Of a stretch of DNA of 64,000 nucleotides, positions 51,400-62,405 are shown in pieces. The stretch covers positions 384,001 through 448,000 of the forward strand of contig CAWDFP010000007.1 in NCBI GenBank assembly GCA_963801605.1, in the 5' to 3' direction. Position 1 is the stretch's first letter. Every line of letters begins with the position of its first letter. Position numbers and translations under genes: made by a program. The DNA comes from an uncultured candidate division Zixibacteria bacterium. GTDB lineage: Bacteria > Zixibacteria > MSB-5A5 > UBA10806. Under the pieces are notes generated by a model. The model had not been told where the DNA came from. It did no database searches and was given only the letters and a program-made list of their open reading frames with translations.

Positions 51400-53199
51400 A
51401 TGCATAGGACAAAAAAATTATTCTTTGCACTTACCGTAATTTTATCGGGAGCCATCTATTGGGTTACCCGCTGTCCAACCGTTGAGTTAATCGATTCCGG
51501 CGAGTTAGCACTGGCGGCTAAGAATCTCGGGATTGCTCATCCCACGGGTTATCCTTTATATACTCTCATAGGAAGGATATTTGCGTTCCTTCCGTTTGGG
51601 GAATTGATATTTCGCCTTAATCTCCTGTCATTGTTGTTCACAGCGTTCGGAACGGGATTTCTTTATCTGCTGATTTCGGAATTTAATAGTCACGAAAACG
51701 AAACTTATATAAAGGATACGATATCATCCGCGGCGGCGCTGTTTGTAGCCTTCTCCCCTGTCTGGTGGGCACAAGGTACCACCAACGAGGTTTATTCGCT
51801 AAATCTGCTGTTGATATCGATTTCGATCTGGAGTCTGGCGAAATTTTCGAACGAGAGGAATCTTCGCTCGTTGGCATTATCATTATATATGTTAGGGCTA
51901 AGCCTGACGAATCATCTATCGGCGGTATATCTGATCCCCGGTTTTCTATATCTGATTATTATCACTTTAAGAACAGCGCGCCTGACGAGATTATCATTGG
52001 GTTGGTTAGTTGCGTTGTTTGTATTTCCGGCAAGTTTATATGCGGTTCTTCCGATACGGGCCGCTTTCAAACCGTTTCTCAATTGGGGCGCGGTTAACGA
52101 CCCTTACTTTTTCTACAAACATATTTCAGGCTGGCAGTACCGTGTATGGATGTTTGATCGTCCAATAGGGCAGCTACTAACAGGATTGGGGCCAGCCGCC
52201 AAACTCTTTTTGGAGCAGTTTGGATGGATTGGAATTATATTTATCGGAATTGGAATATTCAATTGCGGCAAGAAACAACCGCGAATTTTAATTTTCGCGG
52301 TCTTGATTTGGCTGGTGAATTTAGTTTATGTCTTAAACTATGAAATCGGGGATATAGAATCATATTATCTTCCGATGTTCCTAATCAGCGCCATATTTTT
52401 GGCAATCGGAATGCTTTATATCAGTGAGCTTCTAATTAAGCAATTTGGGAAATCAAACGCAGCAGCCTGGGTATTGGCGGGCGCATCGTTTATTTTACCG
52501 GTATATAATTTAGCGGCAAATTTCCAAAAGTCCGATAGCAGCGGCAAGACGGCCGCCAGACAGGGCGTTTATGATATCGCCGGAGCAATGGAACAGGGCG
52601 GACTAATATTGGTCGAAAATTGGGATTTTTATTCACCATGGCTCTATTTTCATTACGAGATGAATTTCCGGCCCGATATAGTATTTTTAGACAAAGAGTT
52701 AATGCGACGGTCATGGTATATCGATTTTATCAAACGATATCATAGCGATATTTACGAAAGATCGAAACAGGAGTTTGAGGAGTTTTTGAGTCAAGTGGCG
52801 CCTTTTGAGCGGGGCAAACCATACGACGGCGGGACTATCGATAGAGCTTATTACGGAATGATTCAGGCAGTAATCAAGCATGAAGCAACCAGGCGGGCAG
52901 TCTATACCAATATTGCGGATGATACAAAGCTATTTGCGGGGATGGCGCCTGTTCCCGCCGGCTTATTGATTAAATTCGAGGCAAACGAATCGTTTGTAGC
53001 GGCGCCCCGAGTTAGCTTTGATGAGACATATTGGCGCAGTCAGACAAAATATGATCCGAAGAGGATTGCATATTTGTTATCGTTTTATGCCAGAGTATTT
53101 GAACTTAGAGGCAAATATTGCAGGTATTACCAAGAACCAGCTGAATCGAAATATTATATGGATTTAAGCGATAGAGTGAAGGCGGTTATGGGGCAATAG
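51400..53199 (+). CDS. DUF2723/TMEM260-like membrane glycosyltransferase (GT-C)
   Basis: DSGEL...LGIAHPTGYPLYTL, EVYSLN, GLSLTNH, NWG; polytopic. Confidence 0.85.
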   Translation: MHRTKKLFFALTVILSGAIYWVTRCPTVELIDSGELALAAKNLGIAHPTGYPLYTLIGRIFAFLPFGELIFRLNLLSLLFTAFGTGFLYLLISEFNSHENETYIKDTISSAAALFVAFSPVWWAQGTTNEVYSLNLLLISISIWSLAKFSNERNLRSLALSLYMLGLSLTNHLSAVYLIPGFLYLIIITLRTARLTRLSLGWLVALFVFPASLYAVLPIRAAFKPFLNWGAVNDPYFFYKHISGWQYRVWMFDRPIGQLLTGLGPAAKLFLEQFGWIGIIFIGIGIFNCGKKQPRILIFAVLIWLVNLVYVLNYEIGDIESYYLPMFLISAIFLAIGMLYISELLIKQFGKSNAAAWVLAGASFILPVYNLAANFQKSDSSGKTAARQGVYDIAGAMEQGGLILVENWDFYSPWLYFHYEMNFRPDIVFLDKELMRRSWYIDFIKRYHSDIYERSKQEFEEFLSQVAPFERGKPYDGGTIDRAYYGMIQAVIKHEATRRAVYTNIADDTKLFAGMAPVPAGLLIKFEANESFVAAPRVSFDETYWRSQTKYDPKRIAYLLSFYARVFELRGKYCRYYQEPAESKYYMDLSDRVKAVMGQ

Positions 53200-53369
53200 G
53201 CAACGGATACATACTTTTATCAGGCAATCTTGACACGGCAAGACATGCCGCCAAACAATCAACTATCATTAATAATAGGTAAAAATGCAGGGCATAATAA
53301 AGGCGCCTCTACACAATATATTTTGATTAATTGTAAATAGAAAAATTAATAATAAAATTATTATAAAAT

Positions 53370-54704
53370 TTAATCAACGGCGTTCATACCGAGGGATTTC
53401 ATCTTCTTATATAGATGGCTGCGTTCCAGGCCCAATAGTTCGGCGGCTTTGGTCATATTACCGCCGGCGCGGATAATGCATTTAGCGATATAATCGCGTT
53501 CGAATTGTTCGGAGGCCAGTTTAAGGGGTCCGCTAAGATCGCTTTCGGCCAGTTGCGGCAGATAAAGCTTTATTTCGTTTAGCGTAATTATTTCAACTTG
53601 AGAAAGGATAACGACCCGTTCCACGTAATTGGCCAACTCGCGGATATTGCCGGGATAATGATAGCGGCTAAAAAGTTCGACAGCGGATTTATCGAAACGC
53701 TTTGGGGGCCGTCCGGTCTTGCGACAGAATGAGTCGGCGAAATATTGCAGAAGAAAGGGGATATCCTCGCGCCGTTCGCGAAGAGGCGGAATATCGATGA
53801 GAAGCACCGACAGGCGATAAAAAAGGTCCTCGCGAAATTTGCCATCGGAAATCATTTTCTTCAGATCTTTATTGGTAGCCGCCAGAATGCGAGCATCGGT
53901 AGGAATTTCAACGGTTCCGCCCAAACGAGTGATCTTGCCTTCCTCCACGGCGCGGAGCAATTTGGCCTGGGTTTTAGCGGAGGTCTCCCCTATCTCATCG
54001 AGAAAAAGAGTGCCGCCGGAGGCGATCTCAAATCGTCCCGGCTTGGGCTTAACGGCTCCGGTAAAAGCGCCTTTCTCATATCCGAAAAGCTCGGACTCGA
54101 TAAGTTCATCAGGCAAGGCGGCGCAGTTGACAGCCACAAAAGGAGCATTGCGACGAGGCGAATTTTCGTGAATGAGGCGGGCGACAAGTTCTTTTCCCGT
54201 GCCATTTTCACCTATGATTAGAACCCGGCTATCCTCGGGCGCAACGCGCGCTATTGTTTTCTTAAGTTCCTTTATGGCCTGCGATTGCCCGATCAGGCGG
54301 CCGGTTTCGCCAAGTTGTTCCCTGAGCGTATCGCGTTCGCTCTCAAGTTTTTTAAGGTGCGAGATATTATTAAGGATAACCTCAATTTTATCGAGCGAGA
54401 GAGGCTTTTCAAGAAAATCGTATGCTCCGGATTTTACGGCGGTGACTGCGGTGCCGATTTCAGCGTGACCGGAGATCATGACGCATACTATCTGAGGATA
54501 CTTGTTTTTGATAGTGCCCAATAGTTCAATGCCATCACCGTCGCCCAACCAAACATCCAGCAAGGCAACATCGAAAGTATCATCGACGGCCTTCTCCCCT
54601 GCTTTGGCCGAATCAGCGGTTACTACAATATGGCCCATCCGTTCCAGGGCCGAACCGACCGAGGAAAGGATATTGGGTTCATCATCGACAATCAGGATTT
54701 TCAC
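53370..54704 (-). CDS. NtrX-like sigma-54-dependent response regulator
   Basis: ALLDVWL, MISGHAEI, YDFLEKP, GENGTGKE, GAFTGA, LGLERSHLYKKM. Confidence 0.9.
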   Translation of the reverse strand: MKILIVDDEPNILSSVGSALERMGHIVVTADSAKAGEKAVDDTFDVALLDVWLGDGDGIELLGTIKNKYPQIVCVMISGHAEIGTAVTAVKSGAYDFLEKPLSLDKIEVILNNISHLKKLESERDTLREQLGETGRLIGQSQAIKELKKTIARVAPEDSRVLIIGENGTGKELVARLIHENSPRRNAPFVAVNCAALPDELIESELFGYEKGAFTGAVKPKPGRFEIASGGTLFLDEIGETSAKTQAKLLRAVEEGKITRLGGTVEIPTDARILAATNKDLKKMISDGKFREDLFYRLSVLLIDIPPLRERREDIPFLLQYFADSFCRKTGRPPKRFDKSAVELFSRYHYPGNIRELANYVERVVILSQVEIITLNEIKLYLPQLAESDLSGPLKLASEQFERDYIAKCIIRAGGNMTKAAELLGLERSHLYKKMKSLGMNAVD

Positions 54705-54715
54705 TGGTTTCTCTA

Positions 54716-56449
54716 TTAATTCTGATGCAATGGTAATTCAATAGTCGCCACCGCCCCGCCGGAGATTTGATCGGCGATCTTGATTTTACCATCATGCTCA
54801 CTGACAATTTTCTTTACAATCACGAGGCCCAGTCCCGAGCCGCCGGATTTGGTAGTGAAGTAGGGAGTGAAAAGATTCTGTTTTACGTTCGGCGCCAGGC
54901 CGGAACCGTTATCTGAAACAGTTAATATCGCGTTTTTATCGGCGAGAATGGTTCTGATTGTGACGTGACCGGTTGAGGGAATGGCCTCTAAACCGTTTTT
55001 TACAAGATTAATCAGGGCTCGTCGAATTTGCTCCCGATCAGCCATAACAGGTAGACTTTTGCGGGATAGCTCGACGCTGATCGTGCCGCTGTCAATTAGC
55101 TTAGAAAACAACGGAACGGCCGAATTAACGATTTCATTGAGATCGTCCCTGGCAAGCTTTGGCGAGGGAAATTTGGCAAATTCGGAAAACTCATCGACAA
55201 TTTTTGAAAGGGAGGTAACCTCCTCAAGCACTGTCTTTGTAGATTGCTTGAAAGCTGTTTCGAAATTTGGATCGGAAGCGTCGTAAGCGCGCCTGAGATC
55301 CTCGATAGCAATACGAATGGGAGTCAAGGGATTCCTGATTTCGTGAGCAACTTTGCGAGCCATCATGGAAAAGGCCGCAATTCTTTCGCTTTCGATAAGC
55401 TTGCGCCTGTAATCCTCGAGATCGGCCGCCATTTCATTGAAGGTATCTGTGAGGTTGGCAAGCTCGCCTCGTCCGGAATAATTGACACGGGCTGTGAAAT
55501 CACCGGAAGCCAACCGGTCAGCCGCCCAGGTAAGATTTTCGATTGGTTTGGTAAATCCCGATGAAAGCAAATAGCCGAAGATAATTGCCAGAATCAAGCC
55601 TCCCAGCGCAAAACCGCCATAGATAATTCTCATATTATCGAAAAGGATATCGAGGTCCTGAGTCGAGACTCCCATTAGCAGATCGGCAACCTTATTTCCG
55701 GAGTAGTCTTGAAGCGGGTAGCGGGAGAAGTTATACCAAAGCCCCTGGAGCTTGGTGCGAAAAGTCTGCTGATCCTGTAAATACATTGCCATCTCGTCAC
55801 CCTGGCCGGCGATAGTTTTCGCCAGGAGGATGTTACCCTCGACAAGTAATATCTCGGCGCCCGAAAGATCGCGCAGATGCAGACAGAAATCCTGATCAAG
55901 TGACGTGCCGCCGGCGATAACGCCGATAACCTCACGATTTTCGAACCAAATCGGAGTCAGGGAAAGTATCGTGAGGATATCCTCACCGCTATCGTGAATT
56001 TTGGCCAACGATTGGACTTTCTGGCCTTTAAGCGCCTCAGCGAACACGGGGTCATTTGAAAGATCATCGCCAAACAGTCCGGGATCGTGCCCTCGCGCCA
56101 GGACTTTGCCATCGGGGGCGATGACAGCCAGATAATCGAGATTGAGAAGTTGTTTGGTATCCACCGAAAAATCGATGAGGCCCTGCTGATCGATAAAGCC
56201 GGTGGCATCCTTAACAAGGAGGAATCTTGTCAGGGTTTGGTCGCTGGCCAGCTGTTCCATTTGCGAAAGGATCGATTTGCCTATTCTCTCGTAGGAACTC
56301 ACTGCGCCGCCGTAAACGGTATTGAGCTTCATGTCGACCAGCGATTGCCGTTGGCGATTGGCATAAACAGACATTGAAATAAAAATGGCCAGAAGAGGCA
56401 AAACCGCGGCCAGTATCAGGAGCAGTATGATTCGAATTCTAAGTTTCAT
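54716..56449 (-). CDS. NtrY-like HAMP sensor histidine kinase with Cache-like domain
   Basis: Two TM helices, HAMP, MARKVAHEIRNPLTPI, EFSEFAKFP, NLVKNG, GSGLGL. Confidence 0.9.
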   Translation of the reverse strand: MKLRIRIILLLILAAVLPLLAIFISMSVYANRQRQSLVDMKLNTVYGGAVSSYERIGKSILSQMEQLASDQTLTRFLLVKDATGFIDQQGLIDFSVDTKQLLNLDYLAVIAPDGKVLARGHDPGLFGDDLSNDPVFAEALKGQKVQSLAKIHDSGEDILTILSLTPIWFENREVIGVIAGGTSLDQDFCLHLRDLSGAEILLVEGNILLAKTIAGQGDEMAMYLQDQQTFRTKLQGLWYNFSRYPLQDYSGNKVADLLMGVSTQDLDILFDNMRIIYGGFALGGLILAIIFGYLLSSGFTKPIENLTWAADRLASGDFTARVNYSGRGELANLTDTFNEMAADLEDYRRKLIESERIAAFSMMARKVAHEIRNPLTPIRIAIEDLRRAYDASDPNFETAFKQSTKTVLEEVTSLSKIVDEFSEFAKFPSPKLARDDLNEIVNSAVPLFSKLIDSGTISVELSRKSLPVMADREQIRRALINLVKNGLEAIPSTGHVTIRTILADKNAILTVSDNGSGLAPNVKQNLFTPYFTTKSGGSGLGLVIVKKIVSEHDGKIKIADQISGGAVATIELPLHQN

Positions 56450-56470
56450 ATAATTTTAAAGATCACCGGG

Positions 56471-58248
56471 TTATTTGTCTTCTCCAATAAATACGTTACG
56501 CAAATCGAGGTAGCCGGCGCTTTCGCCAGTGATACCGGAAATATCGGGTTTGGCATAAACCGAAAGATACGGTTGATATAATACTACGAGAGGCGGATCG
56601 AGGGAAATTGATTGAGCCAATCCCGCGGCAACGCTCAAGCGTCGCTCGGTGTCGGTTTCGGTGCGCATACTTTCAAGAAGGCCATAAGCGGTTTCATCGG
56701 TGTAATAAAGAAAATTGGTTTCTTTCGACAGATTTGGCGCTCAACATCGGGTAGAGCATACAATCGGGGTTGTCACCGGCCGGAAGGTAAGTCGTAAGAT
56801 ACAGGTCGATATCAGCATCGGTTTTGGAATCATCAAGCGGGAGGCTAAAATCCAATTTTTTCTCGGTAATCTTAATTCCCCGATATTGAAGCTGTCCCTC
56901 AATGTAACGGGCCACCTTGCCAAGGACCGGAAAGGATGAATCGATATAAAGGTTTAAATTTTTGGGAAGTAGGATCACCTGGCTAAGATAATAGGATGCT
57001 GAATCCGGCGCATAAGGATCATAAAGCGGATAGGTCATTTTCTCTTGTTGGGAAATGGTGATATTGGGTTTTGCCCCCGAACCTCCCAATATGACTCGAA
57101 TTATCGAGCTGCGATCCAACAGAAATGAGAGAGCCTTGCCGAAATCCTGACCAGCCTGGTAGCTGCGACGGTTATCAATGCCCAAAATAACATAGGCGTT
57201 AGTTTCGAGATTTTGAGAGGAATTATTTCCTTTGCCAACGAATTTTGGAGGAGGCTCACCGAGAGCAGGAAACAGGTCGAGCTTGCCGAGTTCATAAGCC
57301 AGACCGGCCTCCTCGGGAGAGGCAAAATGCACGAATTTTATACTATCGAGATACGCGCCCGGGTCATCCGCGGAAGCAAGTTCCACGACAAGGCCGCCGG
57401 GATCGCTATATTTCATGCGGTACGGCCCGGCCCCAATGATATTGGCCCCCGAGGAAACATATCCCGGCACAGGCACTATATAGCCGCCCGGCCCCGCGAG
57501 ATAATCCTCGAATGCCGGGAATGGCCGTCGCAGTGTTATGGCGATGGTGGTATCATCAATAACGAATAAACCGTCGATTTCATTTTTTAATCCGCTTCTG
57601 TAATTGTCGGCCCCATTTATTTCCATAACAAAGCAGGACGCGTTGGTAAGCCTGGGAGCACGCGCCAATTGCTCCAGCGAATAGACTATATCGGCGCTGG
57701 AGACAGGCTTGCCGTTATGAAATTTTGCCACAGGGTTGAGATAGAATGTATAGGTTAAATCTCTAATTTCGTAATCGGTACATAGGTCGGGCTGAATCTG
57801 CCCCGAGCGATCCGTTTGAAGCAGGCCGCGATGAATCAAGCGGGCCACCATCATATCCTCGGGGGAATAAATTTGGGATGGTTCCAGATTCAGATCATTA
57901 AAATATGCGACGGTGATGAAACCTCCACGGCCGGCATGAGCAAAGGTGAACCTGATTTTAGCGATGAGTTGATCCAGATCGGAAAATGCGGAAACCACCA
58001 TAGAATCGAACGGCTCGGAGCGAGAGATATTTTGATCGGCCCAGGCGATTTTACCGGAAGCGACTACGTTGTTATCATCATAGATTTCGAAGCGCTGGCC
58101 GGGAGCTATACCGTCCTTCTGGCCAACGTCAAAATAAGCGATATCGGATTTTACCAGAATAACTCCGGCCTTGATATAATCCTGGGTATCAGCCGAGGCT
58201 ATGCCCCAGAGACCAGCACAGGATAAGCGGTATTAGGATTTTTTTCAT
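56471..58248 (-). CDS. Family 5 (peptide/nickel) solute-binding protein with extra N-terminal domain (two frameshifts)
   Basis: LIHRGLL...PDLC...YTFYL..AKFHNGKPVSSADIVYSLE, IGAGPY; ATG 58248 signal peptide and ORF 56471..56668 lie in other frames. Confidence 0.75.
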
Positions 58249-58514
58249 ATCGTTCCCGGTTTAAGGATCTTCATTTCGGACTATTTTACGCTCTTGCGGC
58301 CCATACGGCAAATTATATTTATAAATTAATCGTCGGCTGCTTCACAATTTCGATAACGGCTGTTCTGGTAAAGTGCCGTTAAAAGAGTAAATGGGGTAAC
58401 GCGCAATGATTGATTTTTCGAAATGTCTTCTGGAATTGAGCGGTAAATGAATTTCTTTCAAGCCCGCCCGTAAGCAATTATTGTATAACATGATAACTAA
58501 TAGCCATGAAACGC

Positions 58515-59267
58515 CTAAACTCCAATAATTTTAACCAATAGCATGATAAATATGCCGACAAGGAGCCAGAAGAAGGGCTTGAATCGTTCCTGACCGCCGT
58601 GAAAAGCCTCGGGTATCAGATCAAGCGTGGCCACATATAAGAATGTTCCGGCAGTCAGACCGGTGGGAATGGAGAGATCGATATTTTTCAACGCTTGAAT
58701 AAAGGGAAGCGAAAGAAGGGCGCCAATCGGAGTCATCAAGGAATAGATCAGCAGAAGAATAATAGTTTTGCGCCGGGAATACTCGGCTAAACGGAAGATG
58801 GTAGATAGCGAGAAAGCCTCGGTTCCCTTATGCATGATAATCGCCAGAAATATAACAAAACCAAGTTCGGGGTTAAGGAGTCCAACTGCCAATCCGAAGC
58901 CGCCGGCGATGGAATGAGCCGAAAGACCCACGAGGGCAGTCAGGCCTACGACCTCATGCCTGGTCATTTGGCCATGTCCGATAGCATCGTCATGGGCATG
59001 GCCGCCAAGCAGGATTCGTTCGACGAGGAGAATCCCCACAAAACCAAGAAGTACCATGCCGCTGGCCAGATTGCCGTTACCCATCGAAAGAGCGTCAGGA
59101 AGCAGGTGCAGGAATATGGCGCCGAGGATAGTGCCTCCGCCAAACGCAATGAATAGATGCAACTGTTTCTGATTCCATTTCGAAAAAAGCGGAGGCAACC
59201 CGCCGATGATGGCCACGGCGGTTACTCCAAAAGCGTAAGCTAAGAGTCGATCAACTGGTATTTGCAT
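58515..59267 (-). CDS. ZIP family metal transporter
   Basis: FLHLLPDA, His loop GHAHDD, AHSIAGG, HKGTEAF, AGTFLYVATLDLIPE. Confidence 0.9.
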   Translation of the reverse strand: MQIPVDRLLAYAFGVTAVAIIGGLPPLFSKWNQKQLHLFIAFGGGTILGAIFLHLLPDALSMGNGNLASGMVLLGFVGILLVERILLGGHAHDDAIGHGQMTRHEVVGLTALVGLSAHSIAGGFGLAVGLLNPELGFVIFLAIIMHKGTEAFSLSTIFRLAEYSRRKTIILLLIYSLMTPIGALLSLPFIQALKNIDLSIPTGLTAGTFLYVATLDLIPEAFHGGQERFKPFFWLLVGIFIMLLVKIIGV

Positions 59268-59521
59268 AATTCTCCAAAATAAATCTTGAGAGTATCATAA
59301 TGGATAATCGGGGTTGAATACAAGGAGTAAATATAGAGAAATAATAATCGTGCAGCCAATAAAAAAACAAACGCATTTTGGCATTTAAGAATATCCGGTA
59401 TTTTCGGATAGAATGCATTCCCCTTTTGCGATTTATAGAATGCGCCGGAATGCCATATTGACCTTGCATCCCGGCGCAAAACTTGATGATGAATTTCAAC
59501 GATAGCTTATCTACTGCCTTA

Positions 59522-60754
59522 TCAGCCAGCCTTCTTATCCTTGCAAACGATCTTATAAGTATCCTCGGCGATAATCAATTCCTCATTGGTAGGTATTGCC
59601 AGCACCGCAACTCGAGAACCATCAGCGGAGATATTGGCTTCTTTTTTCACCGCGTCGTCATTTTTGGCGGAGTCAAGTTCAACGCCGAGATACTGCAAAT
59701 CCTGACAGGAAAGTTGTCTGACCCGCGGCGAGTTTTCGCCGACACCGGCGGTAAACACCAGGCAATCGAGTCCGCCCATGGCCGCGGAATAAGCGCCAAT
59801 ATATTTACGAATTCGGTAGCAGTAAATATCGAGAGCCAGTTTGGCCAGCTCGTTTCCGGAATCAGCGCCGGAAAGGATGTCCCGCATATCCGAGGAAACT
59901 CCCGAAACGCCCTGCAAACCAGAATGCTTGTTGAGAAGGGTATTGGCCTCATGAAGCGAAAGCTCTTCTCGTCCCATAACATTGAGGATGATGGCGGGAT
60001 CGATATCGCCGCAGCGAGTGCCCATCATGAGTCCTTCGAGAGGAGTGAAGCCCATCGAGGTATCAACCGCAACGCCGCCTTTATGGGCACTCATGGAACA
60101 ACCGTTGCCAAGATGCACGGTTATGATTTTAAGATTCTCTTTCGGCTGATTCAGAATCTGTGAGGCTCGTCGGGCAACATAGAAATGGGACATGCCGTGG
60201 AAACCATATCGTCTGATTTGATAGCGTTTGTACAGGATATACGGCAGCGGATAAATATAAGCATGTTTCGGCATCTTGCTGTATAAGGCGGTATCGAAAA
60301 CGGCTACCTGGGGAACACTCGGTAGAATTTTAATGCAGGCATTAATACCGCGCAGGTTATGGGGATTATGCAGGGGCGCCAGTTCGATACACTCCCTTAT
60401 TTTGGCAATGATCTGATCGTCGATGTAGGCCGAGTCGGAGAATGTCTCACCGCCGTGCACCACCCGATGACCGATGGCCTGGATTTCGGATTTATCCTTA
60501 ATGACGCCATGATTGGGCGAGAGCAGCATGGAGACCACAAATTCGATAGCCTGAATGTGATCGAGTATTTCGCCTGAGATTTTCACCTCGGGCCTGTCGA
60601 ACGGTTTATGCGCCAGGACAGCGGCCGACATACCGATGCGGGTAACATCTCCCGATGCCAACCGTCTCCCCTCCGGCATATCGAGGAGTTGATATTTAAC
60701 GGAAGACGAACCGGAATTCAAAACAAGTATTTTCATCTTAACACCACTTAACAA
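59522..60754 (-). CDS. ackA: Acetate kinase
   Basis: ILVLNSGSSSVKY, GHRVVHGG, LAPLHNP, RRYGFHG, HLGNG, TSMGFTPLEGL, PTNEEL. Confidence 0.95.
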   Translation of the reverse strand: MLSGVKMKILVLNSGSSSVKYQLLDMPEGRRLASGDVTRIGMSAAVLAHKPFDRPEVKISGEILDHIQAIEFVVSMLLSPNHGVIKDKSEIQAIGHRVVHGGETFSDSAYIDDQIIAKIRECIELAPLHNPHNLRGINACIKILPSVPQVAVFDTALYSKMPKHAYIYPLPYILYKRYQIRRYGFHGMSHFYVARRASQILNQPKENLKIITVHLGNGCSMSAHKGGVAVDTSMGFTPLEGLMMGTRCGDIDPAIILNVMGREELSLHEANTLLNKHSGLQGVSGVSSDMRDILSGADSGNELAKLALDIYCYRIRKYIGAYSAAMGGLDCLVFTAGVGENSPRVRQLSCQDLQYLGVELDSAKNDDAVKKEANISADGSRVAVLAIPTNEELIIAEDTYKIVCKDKKAG

Positions 60755-60797
60755 CCTTTCATATATTTATTAACTTCAAAAACCAAATCTTATGATT

Positions 60798-61000
60798 CTA
60801 AAGTTGTTCTGCTTCATTTTTCAAGCGTTTCAGCAGGGCTCAAATTATTATTTTACGCCCCAGATTTACATATAAATCAAAACCAGCTTTGTACGCGGTT
60901 CGCCCCGCCAACTTGAAACAAGCGATCCAGTAATCATATCCTGGATTTGAGCTTTTTCAAGAACGCGCAGGACTTTTATTACCAGTTCCTGTTGTGACAT
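60798..61000 (-). pseudogene. Relic of a nucleotidyltransferase-family gene
   Basis: Own translation MSQQELVIKVLRVLEKAQIQDMITGSLVSSWRGEPRT, then a jump to a C-terminal-like remnant with several stops (..YM*IWGVK**..LKRLKNEAEQL*); overlaps the end of the upstream small gene. Confidence 0.6.
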
Positions 61001-61200
61001 AAATCAAGACGTTGGCGGTAAAGTGCCTCAAATTGTTCTTCCGGCATTTCGGGAAAGCGTTTACGCAGCCCCTGATAAAAAAGGGATTTCGAAAATTCGG
61101 TTAGTTCAAAAGCCTTAAGCAACCGTTGTTCAGGCGTCATACTCCGCAGTACTTCAATATATTTTTTATGCGCGGCGCTATTTCTTTTTTTACCTTCCAA
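60979..61200 (-). CDS. Small helical protein of the type found upstream of nucleotidyltransferases (antitoxin-like)
   Basis: YIEVLRSMTPEQRLLKAFEL...GLRKRFPEM. Confidence 0.65.
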   Translation of the reverse strand: MEGKKRNSAAHKKYIEVLRSMTPEQRLLKAFELTEFSKSLFYQGLRKRFPEMPEEQFEALYRQRLDLCHNRNW

Positions 61201-61203
61201 CCT

Positions 61204-61512
61204 CTAAGCCTCTACTTTACCGGTTCCTTTGCAGAAGCGGCAGGCAACGATCTTTTTGGAATTGCGATGTTCACCATCGGCTTCAAGGCAATCGGCGCAA
61301 GATGTCAGCATAACCTTGGACCCGAATAAATGATGATGGCCCTTATCATAGGGCTCGCCGGCAGTGCATTTGCCGATACCATCGCAATGATCGCAATCTT
61401 TCATCGGAACATCCGGCCGATCGTCGATCTCATCTACCGGAGCCTTTTTAGCAACGGGTTTGGGGGCAGCTTTCTTAACAGCCTTTTTGGGAGCAGCTTT
61501 TTTAGCCGGCAT
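61204..61512 (-). CDS. Small protein with Ala/Lys/Pro-rich N-tail and Cys-rich zinc-finger-like domain
   Basis: PAKKAAPKKAVKKAAPK; CDHCDGIG, CADC, CRFCKGTG. Confidence 0.75.
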   Translation of the reverse strand: MPAKKAAPKKAVKKAAPKPVAKKAPVDEIDDRPDVPMKDCDHCDGIGKCTAGEPYDKGHHHLFGSKVMLTSCADCLEADGEHRNSKKIVACRFCKGTGKVEA

Positions 61513-61514
61513 GA

Positions 61515-62405
61515 TTATCTCTCCTGTTCCTCAGTTATCCTATTGCCTTCGCTGTCGTATTTAAAAAACCCCTGGCCGGTTTTGACGCCGAGATGTCCGG
61601 CTCTGACCATTTTACGCAGGAGCGGGCAGGGATTATATTTATGATCTGAAAGTTCAGTAAGCAGATTTTCCATCCAGTCCATGACCACATCAAGCCCCAT
61701 TTTGTCAGCCAGCGCCAGCGGGCCGATATTAAAACCATAGCCCAGCTTGATGGCGTTGTCGATATCGCCGGGGGTAGCAACGCCTTCCATGAGAACGTGC
61801 ATGGCCTCATTCAGAAGGGGTACGATAATGCGGGTGGTTACATATCCGGGATACTCGAAGACCTTGACCGGAGTTTTACCGAGCGAGCGGGCGAAATCCT
61901 GGATTTGATTGTAGGTATCATCGGATGTACGCAGGCCCCTGACAATCTCGACCAGCGGAATTTTGGGCACGGGATTTAAGAAATGCAGACCGATAACCTT
62001 CTCGGGCCTTTTGGTGGCCGCGCCAATTTCGGTGATCGATAAAGTCGAGGTATTGGTTACGAAGATAGTATCAGGGGGACAAACGAAGTCGAGACGGGCG
62101 AACAATTCCTTTTTCAGAGCGAGATCCTCGGGGATAGCCTCAATCATGACGGGAAAACAACAGGCTTCATCGAGATTAGATGAAGTTTTTACTCTAGACA
62201 GAATTGCTTTCTTTTCCGACGCTGTCATGCCCCAGCGTTCGATTTCCCGATCCATTTCATCAGCCAGAGACTTAAGGCTCGATTTGAGTTGCTCCTCGTT
62301 TTTGTCAAACAATGTGACTTCCGTTCCGATGGATGCCACCGTCTGGGAAATCCCCTGGCCCATTACCCCCGCCCCAACTACTGCTACTTTAGAAAAAGAC
62401 ATCAT
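61515..62405 (-). CDS. hbd: 3-hydroxybutyryl-CoA dehydrogenase
   Basis: VVGAGVMGQGI, EAIPE, TNTSTLSITEI, GLHFLNP, GPLALADKMGLD, LGVKTGQGFFKY. Confidence 0.9.
   Translation of the reverse strand: MMSFSKVAVVGAGVMGQGISQTVASIGTEVTLFDKNEEQLKSSLKSLADEMDREIERWGMTASEKKAILSRVKTSSNLDEACCFPVMIEAIPEDLALKKELFARLDFVCPPDTIFVTNTSTLSITEIGAATKRPEKVIGLHFLNPVPKIPLVEIVRGLRTSDDTYNQIQDFARSLGKTPVKVFEYPGYVTTRIIVPLLNEAMHVLMEGVATPGDIDNAIKLGYGFNIGPLALADKMGLDVVMDWMENLLTELSDHKYNPCPLLRKMVRAGHLGVKTGQGFFKYDSEGNRITEEQER

Noticed and set aside
59335..59356. Fur/Zur box upstream of the ZIP transporter
   Set aside because: AT-rich with only weak dyad symmetry; not distinguishable from background by eye
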